The notes below the pieces were generated by a model that did not search any database, was not told where the DNA came from, and saw nothing but the letters and a program-made list of their open reading frames with translations. Source: an uncultured delta proteobacterium (GTDB lineage: Bacteria > Desulfobacterota > Binatia > HRBIN30 > BPIQ01). Taken from it: DNA of 64,000 nt. Position numbers and translations under genes: made by a program. Below are positions 47,447 to 55,441 of the stretch, piece after piece (the first letter of the stretch is position 1; every line of letters begins with the position of its first letter). The stretch spans positions 1 to 64,000 of the forward strand of contig CAVXGR010000018.1 in the NCBI GenBank assembly GCA_963761335.1. Reading direction: 5' to 3'.

Positions 47447-48951
47447 CACGCCCCGTTGGCCGGCGAGCGCCGCCGCCGCAGAGCGGCGACGGCGAAGAAC
47501 AGCGCCGCGAGCACCAGCGCGGCGGCGATGCCGATCCAGACCCACGGCGGCCCGCAGGTATTGAAGAGGAGGTCGATGCGATGGCCGCCCATCGCCGCCA
47601 CCACCAGGTCGATCCGCCCGTCGCCGTCGAGATCGCCGCTGGCGACCGCGTGCGGGGCGCTGTCGACGCGGAAACGAACGCCCGACCCGAACCCTCCACG
47701 GCCGTCGCCGAGCAGCACGGAGACGTCGTTGCTTCCCTGGTTGGCGACGGCGATGTCGAGGATGCCGTCGTCGTTGACGTCGGCCATCGTGGCTGCGTAC
47801 GGGAACATGCCGACCTCGTAGTTCTTGCCGGAGGTGAAGGCGATAGTGCCGTCACCGAGGAGGACGGTGATGTTGTTGGTCTCGGTGTTGACGGATACCG
47901 CATCGAGGTGGCCGTCACCGTTGAGATCACCGGCGACGAAATCGTTCGGCACGACGCCGACGGGGAAGTTGAGCGGCGGGGCGAAGGCCTCGTTGTCGAT
48001 CTGGCGGAGAAAGGAGATGCTGTTGGCGTGCGAGTTCGACGCCGCGATGTCCATCTTGCCGTCCTCGCTGAACATCCCCGCCCGCACTGTCGTCGGCCCC
48101 GCTCCCACCGACAGGTTGCCGGCCGACTCGAAGCCGCCGATGCCGTCGCCCATGAACAAGGTCAGCTCGTCCGCTTCCGAGTCGGCGACGATCAGGTCGA
48201 GATGTCCGTCGCCGTTGACGTCGTCGATGGCGATGCCGTGCGGGGCGCGGCCCACGGCGATGTCGGTGCGGCGCAGAAAGAGGCCGGGACCGCCCTGGAT
48301 CGCGGCGCTCTGGCCCTGAACGATTGGGCGCTGCGTGAGCGTCGGCGTCGGGGTGAGCGTCGGTGTGAATGTCTGCGTCACCGTGGCGGTCGGCGGAGGG
48401 CTCGCCGGCGTCACGGCGATCGTGGGGAGGCCGAGCTGCTCGTCCAGCCCGACGTTGCCGGCTTCCTCCTCCGCGAAGCCGCCCTCGCTGATGGCGGGCG
48501 TGGCCGTCTCGGCGGGGCTCGGCGTCGCCACCTCCGTCGGCGTCCGCGTCGGCACCGCCGCGCTGCTTCGCCAGAGGATGGTGATGCTGTTGGCGGCGGC
48601 ATTGGCCACCGCCAGGTCGATGCGGCCGTCGCCGTCCAGATCGCCGGCGGCGACCGCCGCCGGTCCCTGGCCCGCGGGCACCTTCACCGCGTCGGCGAAG
48701 GTGCCGTCGCCGCGGCCGAGCAGGATGGAGACGTCGTTGCTGGAGCCGTTGGCGGTCACCAGATCGATCTTGCCATCCCCGTCGAGGTCGATGGCGAGGA
48801 TCGCCTCCGGCGACGCCGCGGGGTCCACCGGCGTCGGCGGCGCGAAATGCGCGGCGCGACACCAGCTGAAGCCGAAGGCGGCCGGTTGCGGTAGAATGAC
48901 GAGAGTCGAGATCAGCGCTGCCGCGAAGGCGGAGCGCAAACCTGTGCACAT
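47446..48951 (-). CDS. Secreted FG-GAP/VCBS-repeat protein with PT linker and C-terminal membrane anchor
   Basis: Signal peptide; about 7 D(L/V)(D/N)GDG..D repeats; TM plus RRRR tail. Confidence 0.88.
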   Translation of the reverse strand: MCTGLRSAFAAALISTLVILPQPAAFGFSWCRAAHFAPPTPVDPAASPEAILAIDLDGDGKIDLVTANGSSNDVSILLGRGDGTFADAVKVPAGQGPAAVAAGDLDGDGRIDLAVANAAANSITILWRSSAAVPTRTPTEVATPSPAETATPAISEGGFAEEEAGNVGLDEQLGLPTIAVTPASPPPTATVTQTFTPTLTPTPTLTQRPIVQGQSAAIQGGPGLFLRRTDIAVGRAPHGIAIDDVNGDGHLDLIVADSEADELTLFMGDGIGGFESAGNLSVGAGPTTVRAGMFSEDGKMDIAASNSHANSISFLRQIDNEAFAPPLNFPVGVVPNDFVAGDLNGDGHLDAVSVNTETNNITVLLGDGTIAFTSGKNYEVGMFPYAATMADVNDDGILDIAVANQGSNDVSVLLGDGRGGFGSGVRFRVDSAPHAVASGDLDGDGRIDLVVAAMGGHRIDLLFNTCGPPWVWIGIAAALVLAALFFAVAALRRRRSPANGA

Positions 48952-49037
48952 CGGTGGTTCCCCCTTCTGTCGTTCGCGGGACGGTGTAGCAAGAACGGCT
49001 GCCGGAGCAAAGCCGCTGAGACCGGCGACTGAAGCAA

Positions 49038-49089
49038 AGTAGAAGCGCCGTCCCGGCGCTTCCCGAAGCGGCGAGACGCCGCTTCTACT
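49038..49089. repeat. GTAG-type REP doublet, family A copy 4
   Basis: AGTAGAAGCGCCGTCCCGGCGCTTCCCGAAGCGGCGAGACGCCGCTTCTACT. Confidence 0.88.
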
Positions 49090-49247
49090 TTTGCGGGCAG
49101 GCCAGCGGAGCTCATTTTGCCTATGTCAGACAGTCCTAGAAGAGGGGGAGCTGCCTTGCACTGCCGCGGGGGCCGGGCTACAGGGACGGCAGTTCCCCGC
49201 GGCGGGGCAATCGCTGCCGGCCGGCAGATTTCACCGAGGAGAGGCGC

Positions 49248-50495
49248 ATGAGCACGAAGGATATCTACGAGATCGGCGAGATGCCCCCGATCGGCGAGGT
49301 CCCCAAGCAGATGTACGCACAAGTGGTGCGCGCCGAGCGCTTCGGCGAGCCCAAGGTGGCGTTTCGGGTGGAGAAGATCCCCGTGCCCGAGATCAAGGCG
49401 GACGAGGTTCTGGTCCACGTGATGGCCGCCGGCATCAATTACAACAACGTGTGGGCGGCTCTCGGCAGCCCGGTGAACGTCATCGCCGCCCGCCAGAAGG
49501 CGAAGTTCGACCCGAGCGATTTCCACATCGGCGGCAGCGACGCCTCCGGCATCGTCTATGCCGTCGGCAGCGACGTGAAGAACGTGAAGGTCGGCGATCA
49601 CGTGGTCATGCACTGCGGCACCTGGGATCGCGACTGCCCAAGGGTGAAGGCCCGGGTCGATCCGATGTTCAGCCCGACCTTCAAGATCTGGGGATACGAG
49701 ACCAACTGGGGCAGCTTCGCGCAGTTCACCAAGGTGCAGGCGCACCAGTGTCTGCCCAAGCCTCCGCAGCTCACCTGGGAGGCGGCGGCCGCCTACATGC
49801 TGGTGGGCGCCACGGCGTATCGGATGCTCGGCGGCTGGCCGCCGCACGTGGTCGGCGACGGCGACGTGGTGCTCATCTGGGGCGGCACCGGAGGCCTGGG
49901 CTCGATGGCCATCCAGATCGCCAGGAGCATGGGCGGCATCCCCGTCGCCGTGGTCTCCGATCCGCGCAAGTTCGAGTTCTGCGCCCGGCTCGGCGCCAAG
50001 GGCTGCATCAACCGCAAGGACTTCAAGCACTGGGGGATGATGCCGCACTGGAAAGACACCGAGGCGTACAACCAGTGGGCGGCCGGAGCCCGTACCTTCG
50101 GCAAGGCGATCTGGGACGCAATCGGCGAGCGCAAGAGCCCGCGCATCGTCTTCGAGCATCCCGGCGAGGACACCGTTCCCACCTCGATCTTCGTCTGCGA
50201 CACGGGCGGCATGGTGGTGATCTGCGCCGGTACCACCGGCTACAACGCCGTCGTCGACTTGCGCTACCTGTGGATGCGACAGAAGCGTTTCCAGGGCTCG
50301 CACTTCGCCAACGACGAGCAGGCGAAGGCGCTCAACGATCTGGTGATCGCCGGCAAGGTGGACCCCTGCCTCTCGGAGGTGATGCGTTTCGAGCAGATTC
50401 CCGAGGCTCATCAGATGATGTACGAGAACCGCCATCCGGCGGGGAACATGGCTTGTCTGGTCGGCGCTTCCCGGCCCGGGATGACAGGAGTCTGA
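49248..50495 (+). CDS. ccrA: Crotonyl-CoA carboxylase/reductase
   Basis: [68 protein letters not shown]. Confidence 0.95.
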   Translation: MSTKDIYEIGEMPPIGEVPKQMYAQVVRAERFGEPKVAFRVEKIPVPEIKADEVLVHVMAAGINYNNVWAALGSPVNVIAARQKAKFDPSDFHIGGSDASGIVYAVGSDVKNVKVGDHVVMHCGTWDRDCPRVKARVDPMFSPTFKIWGYETNWGSFAQFTKVQAHQCLPKPPQLTWEAAAAYMLVGATAYRMLGGWPPHVVGDGDVVLIWGGTGGLGSMAIQIARSMGGIPVAVVSDPRKFEFCARLGAKGCINRKDFKHWGMMPHWKDTEAYNQWAAGARTFGKAIWDAIGERKSPRIVFEHPGEDTVPTSIFVCDTGGMVVICAGTTGYNAVVDLRYLWMRQKRFQGSHFANDEQAKALNDLVIAGKVDPCLSEVMRFEQIPEAHQMMYENRHPAGNMACLVGASRPGMTGV

Positions 50496-50573
50496 GCGGA
50501 GGCAGGGCATCGCGTCGCGGGCAGTAGAGCGCCGCGCACCGGGCGGCGAGGCCGCGGTGCCGGGGAGCGAGCG

Positions 50574-50885
50574 GTGAGCGGAGTGCTGATGGGCCTGGCG
50601 GTGCTCGCCGCCGTGGCCGCGGTCGGCTGGAGGCGCTGGCAGTCCCGCCGCGAGGAGACGACTCGACCCGGGGCGAGCCTGCGCCGGGCGATCCGGGTGC
50701 GCAGCTTCGAGCAGATCGATCGCATCGCCTGCCGCCGCCGCTGTCGTTGCGGAGACCCGCTGCACGCCACCGGCGAGGGCTCGAGCCAGCTCGGCGACCG
50801 CCGTTTTCGCGTGCTCACCCTGGAGTGCAGCGGCTGCGGCAAGGAGCGCCGGCTCTACTTCGACGTGACCCGCATCTTTCATTGA
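50574..50885 (+). CDS. Small membrane-anchored zinc-ribbon hypothetical protein
   Basis: N-terminal TM, CRC and CSGC, ends RLYFDV. Confidence 0.7.
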   Translation: MSGVLMGLAVLAAVAAVGWRRWQSRREETTRPGASLRRAIRVRSFEQIDRIACRRRCRCGDPLHATGEGSSQLGDRRFRVLTLECSGCGKERRLYFDVTRIFH

Positions 50886-50973
50886 GGGAGAGTGGGAGAC
50901 TGGAGTCTTCTCGGGTGATTTCGAGACAGCCTTGGGAGCCCGGGGAGGATGACCTCCGCCGACTCGCGGGCCG

Positions 50974-51025
50974 AGTAGAAGCGGCGTCTCGCCGCTTCGG
51001 AAAGCGCCGGGACGGCGCTTCTACT
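50974..51025. repeat. GTAG-type REP doublet, family A copy 5
   Basis: AGTAGAAGCGGCGTCTCGCCGCTTCGGAAAGCGCCGGGACGGCGCTTCTACT. Confidence 0.88.
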
Positions 51026-51168
51026 TTGGCCCCGACGCTGTGGAGCTTGGATAGCTCGCTCGGCTAGGCGAGTTCCGCCGATCCACTTGCCCGAGCCCCA
51101 TCCGCCCCGGACTTACCTGCGCGCCGTCTTTGTGCTTTCATTGCCATACGACGAGGTGGCGGAGAAAA

Positions 51169-52212
51169 GTGCTTCCCCATAGACGAACGTTCTGTAGGTT
51201 GGCGGTTGCCGCGCTGCTGGCGGCCTGCGTTCCGGCGGCGCTGGCACGGGTGTGGACGGAGCAGGACTTCCTCGACAAGCCCTACCTGAAGGGGCCGCTG
51301 GTGGCCATTCCCAGCGATGACCTGGCGACCGAACGCACGGTGATCGGGGCGACCTCGTTCCACCAGGCACAGAAGGGTGACACCTTCCTCGACGTGGCCC
51401 GCTACTACGGCCTCGGCTACAACGAGATGGTGGACGCCAACCCCGGGGTCGATGCCTGGGTGCCGCCTCCGGGCCAGGCGATCCTGCTGCCGACCGAGTG
51501 GGTTCTGCCGCAGGCCGAGTACCGGGGCGTGGTGGTGAACATACCGGAGATGCGCCTCTACTACTTCCACCCGCGGCACGGCAGTGACGATCCGCTGCTG
51601 GTCAGCACCTATCCCGTCGGCCTCGGGCGCGACGACTGGCGCACGCCGGAGGGGAAGTTCAAGATCCGCGGCAAGACGGTGAACCCGACCTGGAACATCC
51701 CGCCGTCGATTCGCGAGGAGCGACTGCGGGAGAAGGGGCTCACCGATGCCATGATTCCCGGCGGCTCTCCCGACAATCCGCTCGGCAAGTACCGCATCGA
51801 GCTCAGCCTGCCGATGTACGGCATTCACGGCACCAACATTCCGTGGGGCGTGGGCATGCAGGTCAGCCACGGCTGCATTCGCCTCTATCCCGAGGACATC
51901 GAGCAGCTCTTCCCGGCCGTGCAGGTCGGCGCCCCGGGCGAGTTCGTCTACCAGCCGGTGAAGATCGGCGCCCGCGACGGCGAGATCTACGCCGAGGTGC
52001 ACAAGGACATCTACAATCTGACTCCGGGACCCTACAGCGAGGCGATGCGCCTGATTCGCGAGAAGGGCTGGGAGAGCCGCATCGACGCCCGGCGGCTGCA
52101 GCGCGCCGTCGTCGAGCAGTCGGGGGTCCCGATAATCGTCAGCCGGGACGCCGGCGACGACGGCATCCAGGAAGAGATCATCGAGCTCCCCCGCCGCAGC
52201 GCCCGCCGCTGA
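51169..52212 (+). CDS. L,D-transpeptidase (ErfK/YbiS family, LysM-like N-terminus)
   Basis: Signal peptide; ANPGVDAWVP, VNIPEMRLY, YPVGLG, NPLGKY, IHGTN...SHGCIRL. Confidence 0.93.
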   Translation: MLPHRRTFCRLAVAALLAACVPAALARVWTEQDFLDKPYLKGPLVAIPSDDLATERTVIGATSFHQAQKGDTFLDVARYYGLGYNEMVDANPGVDAWVPPPGQAILLPTEWVLPQAEYRGVVVNIPEMRLYYFHPRHGSDDPLLVSTYPVGLGRDDWRTPEGKFKIRGKTVNPTWNIPPSIREERLREKGLTDAMIPGGSPDNPLGKYRIELSLPMYGIHGTNIPWGVGMQVSHGCIRLYPEDIEQLFPAVQVGAPGEFVYQPVKIGARDGEIYAEVHKDIYNLTPGPYSEAMRLIREKGWESRIDARRLQRAVVEQSGVPIIVSRDAGDDGIQEEIIELPRRSARR

Positions 52213-52357
52213 CTCGAGGCAGGGACCCCTCGCCTCCGTCCGGGGCACCACTCACTGCCACGCCTTCATGACAAAGCGCCGGGTTATCTGGTAAAGCTGC
52301 GGGATGCTGGTGAGCTCGCGGAATCGGTGCCGCGCAGGGGTGGCGCGGAGGAGAGAG

Positions 52358-53167
52358 GTGTGGCGGCGGGGTGGAAGTGGAGCGCGGTGCGCGCTGCTGT
52401 CGCTGGTTGCCGCCGTATCCTTTGCCGCCTGCTCCCACGCCCCGGAGCCGCCTCCGCGGCCGAAGGCGATCGTCGACCTGTCGCCCATTCTCGATCGCGA
52501 CACGGTGCAGATTCAGTACGGCACCAAGGCCGTCGAATTCTTCGGGCTGCACCGGCAGTCGCAGATTGCGCCGGTGCGCCCGCAGTCGGCGCTGCGCACC
52601 TACGGCTTCACCTATTTCGACATTCTCAGCCATGCCGGCGCCCATCTCGACTCTTCGGCGCGCCTGCTGCGCGACGGCATCCGCCCCGCCGACGTGCCGC
52701 TCGACAAGCTCTTCGGATGGAGCCGCATCGTCGACATGCGCTGGCACGACCGCTCGAGCCCGATCACCGTCGCCGACCTGGAGACCTACAACATCCGCGC
52801 CGGGGAGATCGTCATTCTCGACATCGGCTACGTGCCCCCGGGCAGCGACGAGTGGCCGCAGTACGCCTATCTCTCGGACACCGCGTCGCGGTGGCTCGCC
52901 GATCTCGGAATCCGCGCCATTGCCACCGACATGCCGAGCCTCAGCAGCCTGCGGCAGGTCGCCGACCTGATGGAGAAGGGGCGGCCCCCGGAGGAGATCT
53001 GGTCGGCGCACGTGCCCTTCTTTCAGGCCGACATTCCGGTCATCGAAGGCCTGGTGAACCTCGACGCCATTCTCGGCGAGCGGCGCGTCTACTTCGTCGG
53101 CTTTCCCCTGCCGCTGCTCGATCGCAGCGGCGCGCCCATGCGGGCGGCGGCACTCCTCTACGAGTGA
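52358..53167 (+). CDS. Kynurenine formamidase-like (cyclase family) metal hydrolase, predicted lipoprotein
   Basis: Lipobox FAAC; HAGAHLD, ATD, VIEGLVNL, GAPMRA. Start uncertain (52304 or 52358). Confidence 0.8.
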   Translation: MWRRGGSGARCALLSLVAAVSFAACSHAPEPPPRPKAIVDLSPILDRDTVQIQYGTKAVEFFGLHRQSQIAPVRPQSALRTYGFTYFDILSHAGAHLDSSARLLRDGIRPADVPLDKLFGWSRIVDMRWHDRSSPITVADLETYNIRAGEIVILDIGYVPPGSDEWPQYAYLSDTASRWLADLGIRAIATDMPSLSSLRQVADLMEKGRPPEEIWSAHVPFFQADIPVIEGLVNLDAILGERRVYFVGFPLPLLDRSGAPMRAAALLYE

Positions 53168-53168
53168 G

Positions 53169-54080
53169 TCAGGAAGCGTAGGCGGCGAAGAGATCGGTGA
53201 AGCCCTGCATCTGGCCGCCGCGCACCGCGGAGGGCACCAGGATCGGGGTGCGCACCCCGGCGTCGAGCCAGGCCTCCACGCCCTCGCGCACCTCGGCGGC
53301 GGTACCGAAGAGGGTGACGTCGTGCAGCCAGCGATCGCTCATCAGCTCCGGCAGCCGCTCCCGCTCCCCGGCGTCGAGCGCCGCGGCGATCGCTTGCATC
53401 TCCTCGCCGTAGCCGGCCTCGACCCAGTAGGCGCGGTAGTTGGGGAGAGCCACGTAGCCGCTGAGCGTGCGCCGCATCACCGCGGCGGCCGCGGCGCGGT
53501 CGTCGGCGATGCAGGTGGGAATCATGTTGCCGATGAAGAACGAATCGCCGGCGCGCTTCTCCGGCGGCAGGAAGCCGAGCGAGGCGCGCATGTGCGAGCG
53601 GGCGGCGTTGGCCCACACCGCCCCCTGGGCGATGTCGCCGGCGAGCTCGACCATCTTGCGGCGCAGAGTGGCGAGGACCAGAGGCGGCAGCTCGCCGTTG
53701 CGCTCGCCGTGCCGGCGCAGCTGCTCGGCGAAGCGGCGCACGTCGGCAAGCGGCTTGCCGGTGGCCACCCCGAGGCGCTCGTTCACCGGCTGGTGGCTGA
53801 CGCCGACGCCGAAGTGGAAGCGGCCGCGGCCGAGCTCGTGGATCAGCGCCACGGTCTGCGCGTAGTCGGCGGGGTGGCGCGTGTAGATGCTGGCGATGGC
53901 GGTGCCGAAGGCGATCTCGCCGGTGCACAGCGCCAGCGCCTCGCACAGGCCGAGGCCGTCGCCGAAGCTCGGGCAGTAGATGCCGGCAAAGCCACGGCGC
54001 TCGATCTCGACGGCCAGCTCCAGGGTGGCGGCCCGGCGTCCGGGCATCGCGGCCAAACTGACCGCAGGCATTCTCTCCAT
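53169..54080 (-). CDS. LLM-class flavin/F420-dependent oxidoreductase
   Basis: FGTAIASIYTRHP, GRFHFGVGVSH, LATLRRKMVELAG. Confidence 0.88.
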   Translation of the reverse strand: MERMPAVSLAAMPGRRAATLELAVEIERRGFAGIYCPSFGDGLGLCEALALCTGEIAFGTAIASIYTRHPADYAQTVALIHELGRGRFHFGVGVSHQPVNERLGVATGKPLADVRRFAEQLRRHGERNGELPPLVLATLRRKMVELAGDIAQGAVWANAARSHMRASLGFLPPEKRAGDSFFIGNMIPTCIADDRAAAAAVMRRTLSGYVALPNYRAYWVEAGYGEEMQAIAAALDAGERERLPELMSDRWLHDVTLFGTAAEVREGVEAWLDAGVRTPILVPSAVRGGQMQGFTDLFAAYAS

Positions 54081-54171
54081 GCGCCGGCATACTTCGCTGC
54101 CGGCGGTAGCGAGTCAAGCCGGCGCCGGGAGCGATTGCCAGAGGCGGCGCTTTCTGCCTTATAATCCGCCG

Positions 54172-55020
54172 ATGCTTCGGCCGACGCTCGTCGTACTCAC
54201 GGCGCTGGTGGCGATCCTGGCCGGCGACGTTCTCTTTCGCAACAGCCTGCTGCGCGTGGTGCACCCGGTGATCGTCGAGCCGACGGACGGCGCCTCGCTG
54301 ACGCCGCCGGTGGAGCTGCGCTGGGAGGGGCCGCGGCAGATGCAGGTGACCCTGAGCTACGCCGGTCGCGAGAGCTGGGACCTCGGGCTGCACGAATCGC
54401 CCTTCGAGCTGCCGCCGGAGCACCTGAAGGCGCGCGGCCTCTACAGCGTCGAGATCGCCTCGCCGTCGGTGGGCGAGTGGATCTCCAGCCGGCGCGCTTT
54501 CTTCGTCGAGCCCACCCTCCCCGAGCCGCGCCAGGCGCCGCCGCGCCCCGAGCTGGCGGATCAGCTCACGGAGCTGCAGAAGAGCCTCAGCGATCTGCGC
54601 TCCGACCAGGAGGACCTGCGCGACGAGAACACCGATCTCTACGAGGAGAACGCCTCCATCCGCGAGGAGAACGCCATCCTCACCGAGGAGCTCAATCGCG
54701 TGACCGAGTCGGCGCAGAACAGCCAGGCGCAGGCCGATGCCGCCGATCGCCGCTATGCGGCGCTGGTCGACGAGCACCAGAATCTGTTGCAGCAGGCGGC
54801 GCAGCTGCGCCAGCGCCTCTCCGCGGTGGTGCTCTGCTCGGTCTGGGGCTACTACGCCTACCCGCGGCCGCAGACGATCCCGCCGACGCGGCGCATCGTC
54901 AGCGTCAGCGACAACCGCGGCAACGTCTTCCGCACCCAGGCCGAGTGCGAGGGGCGCCGCCGCGGCGATCCGACCCAGGACTCGGTCTGCTTCTGCGTCG
55001 GCAGCTCCTTCGCCGGCTGA
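54172..55020 (+). CDS. Hypothetical membrane-anchored protein: beta domain, coiled coil, Cys-containing tail
   Basis: N-terminal TM; heptad L..EN..L repeats; C-terminal C...C...CFC. Confidence 0.75.
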   Translation: MLRPTLVVLTALVAILAGDVLFRNSLLRVVHPVIVEPTDGASLTPPVELRWEGPRQMQVTLSYAGRESWDLGLHESPFELPPEHLKARGLYSVEIASPSVGEWISSRRAFFVEPTLPEPRQAPPRPELADQLTELQKSLSDLRSDQEDLRDENTDLYEENASIREENAILTEELNRVTESAQNSQAQADAADRRYAALVDEHQNLLQQAAQLRQRLSAVVLCSVWGYYAYPRPQTIPPTRRIVSVSDNRGNVFRTQAECEGRRRGDPTQDSVCFCVGSSFAG

Positions 55021-55054
55021 GACAGTTTCCCGCGCCGGCTGAGACAGTTTCCCG
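55011..55054. repeat. 22-bp tandem duplication
   Basis: CGCCGGCTGAGACAGTTTCCCG x2, spanning the stop codon at 55018-55020. Confidence 0.8.
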
Positions 55055-55086
55055 CCGCCGGCTTTCGTGCTATCTCGCGGGCCGTC

Positions 55087-55254
55087 ATGATTCTCGCCCT
55101 CGTCTCGCGACCCCTGATTGCCGTGCTGCTGGCGTCGCTCCTGGCCATGGCGGTGACGAGCGGCTGCGCCAACAGCATCCTGCGCAACGCCGGCGAGGCC
55201 GGGCTGGAAACGGCCCTCGAGGGGCCGCTGCCGACGCCGACGCTGCGGCGGTAG
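55087..55254 (+). CDS. Small 55-aa predicted lipoprotein (absent from the ORF track)
   Basis: MILALVSRPLIAVLLASLLAMAVTSGC-ANSILRNAGEAGLETALEGPLPTPTLRR*; lipobox-like TSGC; GC-rich third positions. Confidence 0.6.
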   Translation: MILALVSRPLIAVLLASLLAMAVTSGCANSILRNAGEAGLETALEGPLPTPTLRR

Positions 55255-55417
55255 GGGACTGGCTCCTTTTCGGCGCAACAACGATGCGAACATTGGGCTG
55301 GAGTAGGCCGCCGAAAAGGTGCCTGTCCCCGGCGGCTCGCCCGGCAGGGGGACAGCAACTTTTGCGGTGAGATCGTTGCCAGGGTGAACCTGCGAGGCGC
55401 AAAAGTAGCCTGTTCCC
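55254..55417. repeat. Two tandem family B inverted-repeat elements (55254-55330 and 55348-55417)
   Basis: ggggactggctccttttcggcg...cgccgaaaaggtgcctgtcccc and ggggacagcaacttttgcg...cgcaaaagtagcctgttccc. Confidence 0.75.
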
Positions 55418-55441
55418 AGCCGTGCTGGTAGAAGCGCCGAC

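Noticed and set aside
5793..51025. Family A repeats as a CRISPR array or attC cassette sites
   Set aside because: Dispersed over kilobases in both orientations with no repeat-spacer periodicity, and no cas or integrase gene in the window.
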